The notes under the pieces were generated by a model. It was not told where the DNA came from. It saw nothing but the letters and a program-made list of their open reading frames with translations, and made no database searches. Source: Candidatus Pacearchaeota archaeon (GTDB lineage: Archaea > Nanobdellota > Nanobdellia > Pacearchaeales > GW2011-AR1). From it: a stretch of DNA of 64,000 bases. Position 1 is the stretch's first letter. Each line of letters begins with the position of its first letter. The DNA lies in contig VGKP01000001.1 of assembly GCA_016866975.1 (NCBI GenBank), forward strand, positions 54,454 through 118,453. The letters are read 5' to 3'. Positions 20,575-29,625 of the stretch are shown in pieces. The position numbers and the translations under genes were made by a program.

Positions 20575-22167
20575 ATGAGCGAGAAGCAGCCTGTATATGT
20601 CCTACCTGAACATGTTTCTAGAACTCTCGGCAAAGATGCACAACGCAACAATATTCTTGCTGCAAAGATCATTGCAGATATTGTGAAGACCACTTTGGGA
20701 CCAAAGGGAATGGATAAGATGCTTGTTGATGCAGCAGGAGATGTGATTGTCACAAACGATGGAGTAACTATATTGGAAGAGATGGAAATAGACCATCCTG
20801 CTGCAAAAATGCTTGTTGAGATAGCCAAGACACAGGAACATGAAGTAGGAGACGGAACTACTACTGCTGCTTTACTCGCAGGCAAATTGCTGGAGCATGC
20901 TGAAAAACTTCTAGATAGAAAGATACATCCAACTGTGATTGTAAAAGGTTACAGGAAGGCTGCAGAAAAATCACATCAACTTCTGCAAGAGCTTGCTTTG
21001 CCTGTGAGGGATGCAATCATTTTAAGGCAGATTGCTATGACTGCCATGACTGGAAAGGGTGCTGAAGGACATAAAGAAAAGCTCGCAGACCTTATTGTGA
21101 AAGCTGCTGAACAAGTAGCGGCCGGAAGAGAGATATCTTTGAATGATATAAAGGTGCAGAAGTTGAAAGGACAGGACGTTCAGGAAAGCGAGATAGTGCA
21201 AGGACTTGTTTTGGAGAGGGAGAGATCAAATAGTGCGATGCCCTCAATTGTCAAAGATGCGAAGGTTCTCCTTGTTGACTTTTCTCTTGAAATTAAGAGT
21301 CCTGAAAGCGAGGCTAAGATCGCTGTGTCTACCCCTGAGCAGCTAGATAGTTTCCTTGCATCTGAGGAAAGATATCTTAAGATGATGACTGACAAGATAC
21401 TCTCGACCGGGGCAAACGCAGTATTCTGCCAAAAAGGAATAGATGATGTTGCACAATACTATCTTGCGCAGGCAGGTGTATTTGCATGCCGAAGAGTGTC
21501 AAAATCAGACATGGAGTTTCTTTCCAGGGCTACTGGAGCAAAAATATTATCAAACTTGCATGATGTGCATGCCTCTGCCCTTGGAGATGCTAAAGAAGTT
21601 GAGGAAAAGACGAATGGTGATGATCATTTTATATATTTTAGAGGGTGCCAGAATCAAAGAGTAGCTACATTGATATTAAGAGGCCAGACTGTGCATGTTG
21701 TCGATGAGATAGAGAGGGCAGTAAAGGATGGCCTTGGAGATGTCATCTCTACTGTAAAGAGCGGAAAAATCGTGCCAGGAGGAGGAGCGATAGAGATTGA
21801 GTTGGCCAGAAGATTAAGAGTCTATGCAAAAAGCATGGGTGGAAGAGAACAGCTGGCAATAGAAGAGTTTGCGCACGCACTAGAGAGCATACCTGAATCC
21901 CTTGCTGAGAATGCTGGCCTTGACCCTCTTGATATTTTGACCGAGTTAAGAAAGAGACATGAAGCTGGAATGCAAGGGCATGGGTTGAATCTTTTTACTG
22001 ATACTATTGAAGATACTCTAAACGCGGGAATTGTAGAGCCCCTAAAAGTCAAGACACAGGCAATAAGCTCTGCATCTGAGGTCGCAATGATGATATTGCG
22101 TATTGATGATGTCCTTGTGAGCAAGAGAGGCGCGCAACAGATGCCAAGATATGAAGGCATGGATTAA
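20575..22167 (+). CDS. thsA: Thermosome subunit (group II chaperonin)
   Basis: [38 protein letters not shown]. Confidence 0.96.
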   Translation: MSEKQPVYVLPEHVSRTLGKDAQRNNILAAKIIADIVKTTLGPKGMDKMLVDAAGDVIVTNDGVTILEEMEIDHPAAKMLVEIAKTQEHEVGDGTTTAALLAGKLLEHAEKLLDRKIHPTVIVKGYRKAAEKSHQLLQELALPVRDAIILRQIAMTAMTGKGAEGHKEKLADLIVKAAEQVAAGREISLNDIKVQKLKGQDVQESEIVQGLVLERERSNSAMPSIVKDAKVLLVDFSLEIKSPESEAKIAVSTPEQLDSFLASEERYLKMMTDKILSTGANAVFCQKGIDDVAQYYLAQAGVFACRRVSKSDMEFLSRATGAKILSNLHDVHASALGDAKEVEEKTNGDDHFIYFRGCQNQRVATLILRGQTVHVVDEIERAVKDGLGDVISTVKSGKIVPGGGAIEIELARRLRVYAKSMGGREQLAIEEFAHALESIPESLAENAGLDPLDILTELRKRHEAGMQGHGLNLFTDTIEDTLNAGIVEPLKVKTQAISSASEVAMMILRIDDVLVSKRGAQQMPRYEGMD

Positions 22168-22180
22168 CGCTCGTAGAAAT

Positions 22181-22222
22181 CCTCTACCTTTAGGTAGAGG
22201 TTAAAACCCGAAGGGTTTTGTG
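22181..22222. repeat. Double-hairpin repeat family B, copy 1
   Basis: CCTCTACCT-TT-AGGTAGAGG and AAAACCC-GAA-GGGTTTT hairpins; 22189-22222 matches 37356-37389 at 32/34 nt. Confidence 0.65.
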
Positions 22223-22302
22223 GTGATCAAATGTACTTTGTGCCATAATGCCCTAAACCTCGAGGATGTGAATCCTTGAATGCCATCAATAATGGAATAT
22301 TA

Positions 22303-22336
22303 TTAAAGTGCTTGAGTTTTATTCAAGTAACTTGAC
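22303..22336 (-). mobile_element. Degenerate left-end remnant of the 120-bp element
   Basis: TAAAGTGCTTGAGTTTTATTCAAGTAACTTGAC|ATGA resembles TAAAAGCTGGAGTTTTAGTCAAGTTCCTTGAC|ATAA of the intact copies. Confidence 0.5.
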
Positions 22337-22344
22337 ATGATAAA

Positions 22345-22659
22345 ATGAAAAATGAGAATAGAGATAAAAGGATGAATGAGACTAGAGCTCTTACACCTGA
22401 ACAACTGAGCTTGCTTGAAAGAAATTTATTTGGAATTGGCGCAGCCATTGGATTTGTAAATGGTGCTTTTCTTGGAAATTTTGATGTTTCTTTAGAAGCA
22501 TATTTTATAACGGCCATTCCAATATTTACTCCTGCATATATTATAGCTTATCAATTAACATTTAAAGATAAAAAGAATTCATTTAGAATAGGAAGTTGTG
22601 CGTGTGGAGGATATTTGGTAGGTGAGGCTTTAGAGATGTTAGTTAGGAATTATCTCTAA
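22345..22659 (+). CDS. Small membrane protein
   Basis: 104 aa, three hydrophobic segments. Confidence 0.6.
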   Translation: MKNENRDKRMNETRALTPEQLSLLERNLFGIGAAIGFVNGAFLGNFDVSLEAYFITAIPIFTPAYIIAYQLTFKDKKNSFRIGSCACGGYLVGEALEMLVRNYL

Positions 22660-22662
22660 AAA

Positions 22663-23478
22663 TTAATGCTGTTTTTTCCTTCGCGCTTTCTTTTTCAATA
22701 TCCGGCCCAGATTATAATGTGCTTTCTTTACCGCTACTTTTTTTCTCTTTCTAATATGACTTGATATTGGATTGTATATTCTTTCATTTTCTGGTAATGT
22801 GGGGGATATTCTAGGATGTTTTATTAATACCGGAAAAATTTGTTCTGGAGTGAATATTCCTTCTCCTTTTAAGATATCCAATACAGTCTCTTCACTTAAA
22901 TTATGATTCCCTCCTCTGTACTCCCTATATAATTCTGATCGAGATTTTTGAACAACTGATACTCCATAGAATCCGGTTGTGTCAGCTTCATTTATATTTC
23001 CACAATAAAGAATTAGTTTGGGAGAAGTTTCGGGATTACCGAAATGATAATCTACAAATTTTCTATATTCGCTGAAATTTCTGAAATGTTCATCTAAAAA
23101 TTCTGTAATTTCTTTATTTTCTCTTCCTGTGCATTTAATAATTTGTTTAAAATCTCTAAAATTTTTAAGTTGGAGATGAATATGACGTTCGTCTTTTGAA
23201 TGGCAGTAACCTAGCTGACCTTGAATAAGCCTTATAAAATCGTCCCCGCATATTCCTTCGTAAAAATGATTATCGCTGATTATCGCTGAATATCTTTTTC
23301 CTAATTGTATTATATCTTTGAGATGTTCCATTGCCTCCACTGGACTCTCTGTATACTGAGTAAATTCTCCTGATTCTGGGAAAGCTAAATTGGCTGCTCT
23401 TTCTATAACTTCTTCTAGGTCTGAGATGTTTTCATACTCATTATCTACCATCAATATTGGGTCAAATTTATCATCCAT
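22663..23478 (-). CDS. Response-regulator receiver-like protein with internal insertion
   Basis: ILMVDNE, SPVEAMEHL, SAIISDNHF (phospho-Asp), GDDFIRLI; ~65-aa insert; then PKLILYCG and VVQKS. Confidence 0.6.
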   Translation of the reverse strand: MDDKFDPILMVDNEYENISDLEEVIERAANLAFPESGEFTQYTESPVEAMEHLKDIIQLGKRYSAIISDNHFYEGICGDDFIRLIQGQLGYCHSKDERHIHLQLKNFRDFKQIIKCTGRENKEITEFLDEHFRNFSEYRKFVDYHFGNPETSPKLILYCGNINEADTTGFYGVSVVQKSRSELYREYRGGNHNLSEETVLDILKGEGIFTPEQIFPVLIKHPRISPTLPENERIYNPISSHIRKRKKVAVKKAHYNLGRILKKKARRKKQH

Positions 23479-23659
23479 GTATTTATTGATTTAAAAAGGA
23501 GGTTTTTAAGTCTTTCTTAAAAGAAATATAGAAATACTATGTTTGTAATTTTCTCTCCCAGATTTTCTCTTAATCCTGAACAAAATTCTCTGTTCGGGAG
23601 AGTAGTATTTAGAAAAGGATAAGGAAAAGATTATAAACCTACTCCTGAAGAAATTTTGT

Positions 23660-24181
23660 ATGGAATTTAATAAAATTTCCTTGAAAAAATGTCTTGACTT
23701 AGTTGAAGCCTCACGCAAAATGGTATTTGACAAACGTATTCCTCCTATTGAGAAGTGCGATTCTCCTCTTTCAAGAAACAGATTAGTCTTAAAAGGAGTC
23801 CTCTCCGCAGGAGCGCGAAATGGATGTTTCAATTCCGGGCAATATAACTTTATTAAAAATGCTTTGCCGTATTATCAACGTATTGTTGATGCAAACAAGC
23901 AGATTGATGAAACTCCATTCTTGAGAGAATCTGGAGTTTCTTTGGTATCTGATGCCCTTACTATATCAGAAAATATCTGCTATAAAAGTTCTCCGCGAGA
24001 CCGCTTGCTGTTCCTTCTCAGAAAGCGACAGGAAACACTTGCCCAGAATGATGTTTATTTTGAGCAATTTTACTTCCATCCTGTAGAAAAAGTAATAAGA
24101 AGAATTGAATCTGAATATGACTCTTGTGTGCAACTTCGCCATGAACTTAATTCCTGGAGAGAACGCCTGCCCTGTTCTTAA
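23660..24181 (+). CDS. Hypothetical protein
   Basis: 173-aa ORF whose stop abuts the tRNA-linked repeat array. Confidence 0.65.
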   Translation: MEFNKISLKKCLDLVEASRKMVFDKRIPPIEKCDSPLSRNRLVLKGVLSAGARNGCFNSGQYNFIKNALPYYQRIVDANKQIDETPFLRESGVSLVSDALTISENICYKSSPRDRLLFLLRKRQETLAQNDVYFEQFYFHPVEKVIRRIESEYDSCVQLRHELNSWRERLPCS

Positions 24182-24447
24182 ATGCGCCCGCCGGCTGAAA
24201 GAATTTTCCTGCGAAATTCTTAGTGCCGTCTGTCGCACTTGTTTTCATTTCATTCAACAAGAAATGCGCCCGCCGGTGCTCGCAGACAAAGTCCGCGGCA
24301 ACTTTGATGCTTACGCATTCAAAGTGAATTCTTCCCGGCAATGTGCGACAACATGCGCCCGCCGGCTGAAAGAATTTTCCTGCGAAATTCTTAGTGCCGT
24401 CTGTCGCACTTGTTTTCATTTCATTCAACAAGAAATGCGCCCGCCGG
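24182..24447 (-). repeat. tRNA-Gly 3'-end-linked repeat array
   Basis: 13-mer ATGCGCCCGCCGG at 24182, 24264, 24353 and 24435 (the last is the tRNA 3' end); spacers A(69)-B(76)-A(69); 24182-24276 is identical to 24353-24447. Confidence 0.92.
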
Positions 24448-24506
24448 GAATCGAACCCGAATTTACTGATTGGCAACCAGTCGTTCTACCACTAAACTAC
24501 GAGCGC
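24436..24506 (-). tRNA. tRNA-Gly(GCC)
   Basis: GCGCTCG...CGGGCGCA acceptor, ACTGG-TTGCCAA-TCAGT anticodon arm, GGTTCGATTCC T-arm; no encoded CCA. Confidence 0.95.
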
Positions 24507-24585
24507 TTGATTGTTGAAGAAAAAAGGGTTATTTAAAAGTTCACATGGAATAAGAATCAGCCTAATTTTAGCCACCTCTTCCGAT

Positions 24586-24933
24586 TCATTGTTTCGTATT
24601 GGCCTTGCAAAAGATAAGAGGGATATCGTCACATTTATCGGCAATGTGGTCAAGAGATTTGCCTTGAGACGTCTCCTTCCGCGTCATTGCATTGTGAAGT
24701 CTGCCTCTTACGAATATTACCTTATATATCCCCTTATTTCTCTGGAAATATCCTCTTTCCCCATAGAGATAATCATCGAGAGTAGTTCCGCCATCTACAA
24801 TCCCTCTTAACGCCTTATCATGTATAGATTTTATTAGAATTTCTGCCCCAGATTCAGGTAAGGCAAGCATTGTCTTTTTCGTATGACCTTCATCACCAGG
24901 ATTATAAACGCTTATCTGATCAATAAAACTCAT
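24586..24933 (-). CDS. Hypothetical protein
   Basis: 115-aa ORF with TATA-like box upstream. Confidence 0.55.
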   Translation of the reverse strand: MSFIDQISVYNPGDEGHTKKTMLALPESGAEILIKSIHDKALRGIVDGGTTLDDYLYGERGYFQRNKGIYKVIFVRGRLHNAMTRKETSQGKSLDHIADKCDDIPLIFCKANTKQ

Positions 24934-25007
24934 TATGATAAAATAATTAGATGTTATTTAAAGATTGTTATGATTAGATTTATTAATTTACTGAATATCT
25001 TATAATT

Positions 25008-25247
25008 ATGAAAAAGAAGTATATGAAAATACCTAAAGTTGTTTTCATCTCGTGTTCTAACTGTGGAAAAAGATGTAAAAGGAGAGTACCTGAAGACTTT
25101 AGCCCTGGATTTTTCGATTGTGATAATTGCAGCAATAGGATGAATACTCCTGTTTCGTCATGTTGTATAATATGTGCGTATACTGGAAAGAAATGCGCCC
25201 CTACTCTGATAATGGAAGCAAAGATAAAAGGATTAGAGATAAGATAA
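25008..25247 (+). CDS. GDCCVxC-like Cys-rich zinc-binding protein
   Basis: CSNCG...FFDCDNC...SSCCIICAYTGKKCAP pattern. Confidence 0.7.
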   Translation: MKKKYMKIPKVVFISCSNCGKRCKRRVPEDFSPGFFDCDNCSNRMNTPVSSCCIICAYTGKKCAPTLIMEAKIKGLEIR

Positions 25248-25379
25248 CTTCAATAGAAAACATATGGCTTTAGGAAATAAAACTTGCAGATAGATTTAAA
25301 CTTTCATATTAACTTTATTTGTCTTAACAATACATCTGTATCTATAGGTTTAAATAGGATTTTTATTTGTTTTTGCTAA

Positions 25380-25450
25380 GGCCCATTAGGCTAATGGTAG
25401 ACCGGGTCGTTTACACCGACCATGCCGAAGTTCGATTCTTCGATGGGCCA
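25380..25450 (+). tRNA. tRNA-Val(TAC)
   Basis: GGCCCAT/ATGGGCC acceptor, GGTCG-TTTACAC-CGACC anticodon arm, TTCGATT T-loop. Confidence 0.92.
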
Positions 25451-25465
25451 TTTATATTTATTGAA

Positions 25466-25678
25466 TCAAACTAAAAGAGCCGGGAGATAAGGAAGATAGT
25501 TTTGGAGGTATACCTTAAGGGTATTGTAAGTTTTCTGTGCTGAGGGAGAGTTTTCCAATATCTTTTCCAAGGGTCTTCTTATCTGTGCAGATGCCTCTCG
25601 TGAGCATTCTATCACTGAAACTATGCTGAATAAAGCGCCTGAGATTGTATAGCTCTTAAAAGAGTCGGATTCTCCCAT
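25466..25678 (-). CDS. Hypothetical protein between two tRNA-Val genes
   Basis: 70-aa ORF. Confidence 0.45.
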   Translation of the reverse strand: MGESDSFKSYTISGALFSIVSVIECSREASAQIRRPLEKILENSPSAQKTYNTLKVYLQNYLPYLPALLV

Positions 25679-25729
25679 TTTTTTACTAAATTAGGTGATT
25701 ATAAATATCCTTGCATATTCAATCTAAGA

Positions 25730-25800
25730 GGCCCTATAGTCTAGTGGCAGAACGCCTCTTTCACGTGGAGGACGCCGGGGTTCGATTCCCTGTGGGGCCA
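25730..25800 (+). tRNA. tRNA-Val(CAC)
   Basis: GGCCCTA/TGGGGCC acceptor, CCTCT-TTCACGT-GGAGG anticodon arm, GGTTCGATTCC T-arm. Confidence 0.92.
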
Positions 25801-25824
25801 TTTAGTGAGTGTCAAAGAAGACAT

Positions 25825-26592
25825 TTAATCTAATTCGTAAGCTCCGTTCCCTTTGAAGCGTAGAAATCCTTTATCTCTGAGTATTTGAAGTTGCTGCCGT
25901 ATTTTGTCTTTAATGTGGAGATTATTAGGGTGGATTCTCGCGAGTTCTCCTTCAAATCTGTAAATTTCATCAAGCTGAAAAGTTTTCTTGCTAAGTGAAT
26001 GGATGACATTGAGAATATCAATTGTCCACCCTCTTTCCGAAAGAGGAGTTTTCTTCATAAAATCAACTTTTCTCCACTTTTCATTTACTTCTTTCTTTTC
26101 TAATATAGCACCATCTTTAATAATCGAGATTCTGCCTTCTTTGGGTATTTTTTCCATTAAGAGGTTGCATCCAACCCATCCTCTTCTTCGCGCATTCTCA
26201 GAGAGAGGTCTTCTCTTTTCTATAATTTCCTCAACAAAAAAGAAAGAAGGCACGATAAGCAGATTTTTGACACAATAGTCCTTAGTGTATTGGAGAAAGA
26301 GGAAATTGGGTCGCGTTCCTTCTTTAATTGACTGAATCATTGTAGAAAAGGCTCCATCTACAATTTTCTTAGCAAGAGTGTTATTTTGGCTTTTCAGTTG
26401 GAAAGTCTCTTGACAAATTTCACAAATAAAATCTGCGACGGGAGTTCCAGCTTTCAATTTTAGAATGTGTTCGCTTAAACAAGATACACAAAAAAGATTT
26501 TTCTCGGCCCAATCTTCGCTCAGAACACGTATTCGTTGCGTGTTGCTTTTGTACTTATCAAAAACACCTTGATTATACAATTGTAATTCCAT
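25825..26592 (-). CDS. DpnI-family type IIM (methyl-directed) restriction endonuclease
   Basis: YKSNTQRIRVLSEDW, FCVSC...CEIC Zn site, PVADF, FQLKS, IVDGAFSTM, RRRGWVGCN; winged-helix tail HIKDKIRQQLQILRDKG. Confidence 0.9.
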   Translation of the reverse strand: MELQLYNQGVFDKYKSNTQRIRVLSEDWAEKNLFCVSCLSEHILKLKAGTPVADFICEICQETFQLKSQNNTLAKKIVDGAFSTMIQSIKEGTRPNFLFLQYTKDYCVKNLLIVPSFFFVEEIIEKRRPLSENARRRGWVGCNLLMEKIPKEGRISIIKDGAILEKKEVNEKWRKVDFMKKTPLSERGWTIDILNVIHSLSKKTFQLDEIYRFEGELARIHPNNLHIKDKIRQQLQILRDKGFLRFKGNGAYELD

Positions 26593-26653
26593 CTTAAAGT
26601 TTTCTTAGAATATCATGGATCTATTTAAATACTCGCGAGATCACTGAAAAAAT

Positions 26654-26914
26654 ATGAAGATTACGCAGACAATCCTGCAGAAGACATTTCGTGTTGAACA
26701 TCATGGAAAAGTCTACTATGTGGATTATGTAAACTCTGATGGACAAGCATTAATTTTGTTAAATAGAGACAACTGGCAGATTTATGATGAAAATCATGAA
26801 GAATTGAACATTTACCTTTGGAAAGATTCAAATAAGAAAGAAAAGAAAAAAATAGAAATGAACTTATGTCTCGCAGAAAAGCTTATTTCTTTTTGTATTC
26901 TAAAATTTAATTAG
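26654..26914 (+). CDS. Hypothetical protein
   Basis: 86-aa ORF with TTTAAATA box upstream. Confidence 0.55.
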   Translation: MKITQTILQKTFRVEHHGKVYYVDYVNSDGQALILLNRDNWQIYDENHEELNIYLWKDSNKKEKKKIEMNLCLAEKLISFCILKFN

Positions 26915-26954
26915 TACCATCCACCAATATATCTGTAATGTTCCTCTAGAATGT

Positions 26955-27122
26955 ATGAAGGTACTCAAAGAGAGGTCACGAGTGTATAATGGGAAACCGT
27001 ATTACAAGTATAAGGTGAACATTCCTGCCGAGGATCTTGAGAAAGCAGGGTTTAAGGAAGGGGATGAGTTGGAGACGGATGTGAAGAAGGGTGAGATTGT
27101 TCTAAAAAAGAAATATGATTAA
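26955..27122 (+). CDS. AbrB/MazE/SpoVT-like small DNA-binding protein (55 aa, not in ORF track)
   Basis: YKVNIPAEDLEKAGFKEGDELETDVKKGEIVLKK. Confidence 0.7.
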   Translation: MKVLKERSRVYNGKPYYKYKVNIPAEDLEKAGFKEGDELETDVKKGEIVLKKKYD

Positions 27123-27182
27123 ATTTTCTATGAACGATGTTTCGAAGGCTTCTGCTATTGCTAATTTTAAAGAAGAATTAGC

Positions 27183-27329
27183 CTAAAATAAGTCGCTGCA
27201 AGAGCGAAAATACCCGCAGCGATTACATTTTATCTTGCATCTATCTTCTTGCATCTGAGCTCCACAGGATTCATAGACTCGATAATTGTCATCTTCTTTT
27301 TGGATGTCCAAGGAGTTAATTGTAGTCAT
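27183..27329 (-). CDS. Small zinc-finger protein (48 aa, not in ORF track)
   Basis: YESCGAQM...CKIKCNRCGYFRSCSD, like small archaeal CPxCG-type zinc fingers; starts 1 nt after the VIT1 stop. Confidence 0.6.
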   Translation of the reverse strand: MTTINSLDIQKEDDNYRVYESCGAQMQEDRCKIKCNRCGYFRSCSDLF

Positions 27330-27330
27330 A

Positions 27331-27849
27331 TTAAGCTAGTAAATAATTTATAAAATAACCTGCTGCGAATGCTAGAAGTGCCGCAACTCCTCCTATTAGG
27401 AGAGTCTCCACAGAAGATTTTATGGGACTTTTCTTTGAGATTATGCCTTTTGCAGATCCAATTATTATGAGTGCTATTGCGGTAAGGATGAATGAAAGAG
27501 TAAATTGTAAAGGGATAAGTTGCGGGATGAATGCTGCCAGGACAAATGAGAGTAGAGGGATGAATCCTATTGCGACGAATGATGCAAAAGTCGCCATGGC
27601 TGTCTTAATTGGTAGTTTTCCTTTCTTGCTTGGAGAAATGTCTTTTTGTGATTTTGTCGAAAGATAATTTGAGACTGCCATAGAGAATCCGTCTGCAAGG
27701 AGATTGGCAAAACCTAAGATGAGAATGATTGATGATGACAATGAAGCTCCAATCGCGCCTGTAACGACTGCAAATGTTGTAATTGAGCCGTCCGTGCCAC
27801 CATAGACAAACTCTGGAAGGTACTTTCTTTCCTCTCTTTTCCAAGACAT
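27331..27849 (-). CDS. VIT1/CCC1 family transporter
   Basis: EFVYGGTDGSITTFAVVTG, ANLLADGFSMAVSNYLS. Confidence 0.92.
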   Translation of the reverse strand: MSWKREERKYLPEFVYGGTDGSITTFAVVTGAIGASLSSSIILILGFANLLADGFSMAVSNYLSTKSQKDISPSKKGKLPIKTAMATFASFVAIGFIPLLSFVLAAFIPQLIPLQFTLSFILTAIALIIIGSAKGIISKKSPIKSSVETLLIGGVAALLAFAAGYFINYLLA

Positions 27850-27891
27850 AAATAAAAAAGAATGAGAGATTATATAAATGATTTGTGTGTT

Positions 27892-28857
27892 TTATTTTAG
27901 AATATCTTCGAGATTGATGCCCGCTTCCTGGGCAAGAAGGTGCATTTTTTGGGCATAGCGTGTTTCTGGACTCTTCATCAATACTTTTGCTTTTTGCGGA
28001 TTGTGCAGCATCGTCTTCCATGCTTCTGCTATGTCCTCTCCTACTTTTATCGAGCCATAAGCGCTAAAGACACCTTCGCGAGGCTCATGGAAAGATGCTA
28101 AGATAGTATTATACTCTTGAATGGCGCTTGAGTATTCCTGTGACTTTCTGTTAAATGCTTCTGCACGAGTATTAAACGTATTTACTCGAGTTAGGTACTG
28201 ACTGTCAGCAGGCGAATCATTTTCAAGACTCTCTCGTATTAGGAAAAGGTCTTTTTTTTCTTTCTCAAGCACTGGATACAGTGTTTCAACTTTTTTTCCT
28301 AGGGCTTTCCATCTCTCAATTTTCTCTCCGCTTCTCCATTTTGTTAAATCATTTTCCTCAGTATTATGATTGCCATAGTTAAATTTTGCAATTGCATTCC
28401 AGCGCGCTAAAAATCTTTCCCTATTTTCATTCGACAAGCTGTTTTCCCAGACATGCCCACATTCATGAAAGAAATTTCCATTCGTTAGTCCACCATGATA
28501 AAAAATTGCAAGTCCCCCATCGAGACCGCCACGGCCACCTACATTAGAATTATTTGATTCTTCGTCTTTATTATTTATCCTGACTTCTTTAAGAGATTTT
28601 CTGATTGCTGGGGGAAGTCTGGAGATTGCTTGTTCGAGACGAGCAATTGTGACGGAATTCGTCTGATTGAGATAAATTTGAAATCCTAACTTTTCTGATT
28701 CTGGCGCCTTAAAGTACCCTCTTTGTACATATTCTTGATGTCTTGCCTCTGGAGAGCCATAGACGACAAAATCCTCTGGATTTTCTGCTCTTGCTACACC
28801 TATGGCGAGCATCGATGTGAGCACTCCTGTTTGTATAATCTTCTTTAATCTTTTCAC
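27892..28857 (-). CDS. Secreted zincin-like metalloprotease with coiled-coil insert
   Basis: Signal peptide ending VARA; FFHECGHVW (HExxH); distal EDIAE; GTG start. Confidence 0.7.
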   Translation of the reverse strand: MKRLKKIIQTGVLTSMLAIGVARAENPEDFVVYGSPEARHQEYVQRGYFKAPESEKLGFQIYLNQTNSVTIARLEQAISRLPPAIRKSLKEVRINNKDEESNNSNVGGRGGLDGGLAIFYHGGLTNGNFFHECGHVWENSLSNENRERFLARWNAIAKFNYGNHNTEENDLTKWRSGEKIERWKALGKKVETLYPVLEKEKKDLFLIRESLENDSPADSQYLTRVNTFNTRAEAFNRKSQEYSSAIQEYNTILASFHEPREGVFSAYGSIKVGEDIAEAWKTMLHNPQKAKVLMKSPETRYAQKMHLLAQEAGINLEDILK

Positions 28858-28939
28858 ATTTTTATGGAGATTAAGAAGTATATAAATCTTCCTATTTGTA
28901 ACTATTTTATAGTGATAACTAATAATCGAAAAAGTTATA

Positions 28940-28961
28940 TATGCGTATGTGCATACGCATA
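28940..28961. promoter_or_regulatory. Inverted repeat just upstream of vapB (probable operator)
   Basis: TATGCGTATG-tg-CATACGCATA, perfect 10-bp arms ending 1 nt before the ATG. Confidence 0.6.
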
Positions 28962-28962
28962 C

Positions 28963-29199
28963 ATGGTTAAAGTGATTTCGTTATCTGAGGAGGCCTATAG
29001 GAGATTGAAGGCAAACAAAGGCAGCAAGAGCTTTTCTGAAGTGGTGATTGAATTTGTGCCTGAACGGAAGAAAAGAAATATTATGGAATTTGCGGGAGCA
29101 TTCAAGGACAATGCAGAGGAGTGGGAACGGATTGAGAAAGAAATTTATGCAGAAAGAAAGAGGGCAAAACTGCGAGACCGATGGCAACGTATTGCTTAG
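28963..29199 (+). CDS. vapB: VapB-family antitoxin (DUF217-like)
   Basis: MVKVISLSEEAYRRLK...KSFSEVV; overlaps the PIN gene; start moved to ATG 28963. Confidence 0.8.
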   Translation: MVKVISLSEEAYRRLKANKGSKSFSEVVIEFVPERKKRNIMEFAGAFKDNAEEWERIEKEIYAERKRAKLRDRWQRIA

Positions 29200-29576
29200 A
29201 CACTGGTATTGTTATTGCTTTTTTAAAGCAACAACCTTCCATCTTTGAGAAGATTGCTTCCCTCAGTGAGACGAACTCTATGTACATTACTTCCATTGTT
29301 CTGTGCGAACTTTATAAGGGTGTTTATCGCTCTTCAAATCTTGCGTATGAACTTTCAATCCTTGAAAAATTCATAGAAACAGTGCCTGTTTTAGATTTTA
29401 GTATAGAGGCGTGCCGTATCTTTGGAGAGGATTTTGTGAGATTGCAAAAAGAAGGGAATATGATTGATGATTTTGATGTTATGGTTGCCTCCATTGCGAA
29501 AGCCCATGGAGCGACAGTGGTGACGCGGAACAAAAAACATTTTATGCAAACAGGCGTCGCAGTCGAGGAATGGTAA
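29181..29576 (+). CDS. vapC: VapC PIN-domain toxin
   Basis: CLDTGIVI, IVLCELYKG, DDFDVMVASIA, VTRNKKHF. Confidence 0.9.
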   Translation: MATYCLDTGIVIAFLKQQPSIFEKIASLSETNSMYITSIVLCELYKGVYRSSNLAYELSILEKFIETVPVLDFSIEACRIFGEDFVRLQKEGNMIDDFDVMVASIAKAHGATVVTRNKKHFMQTGVAVEEW

Positions 29577-29625
29577 TTTTTTCCTTGAGCATAGTTTTAA
29601 ATATCCTTTTAGAGTGACATAGGGG

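Noticed and set aside
24182-24447. CRISPR array
   Set aside because: The repeat is only 13 nt and equals the tRNA 3' end, spacers are 69-76 nt with one duplicated, and there are no cas genes.
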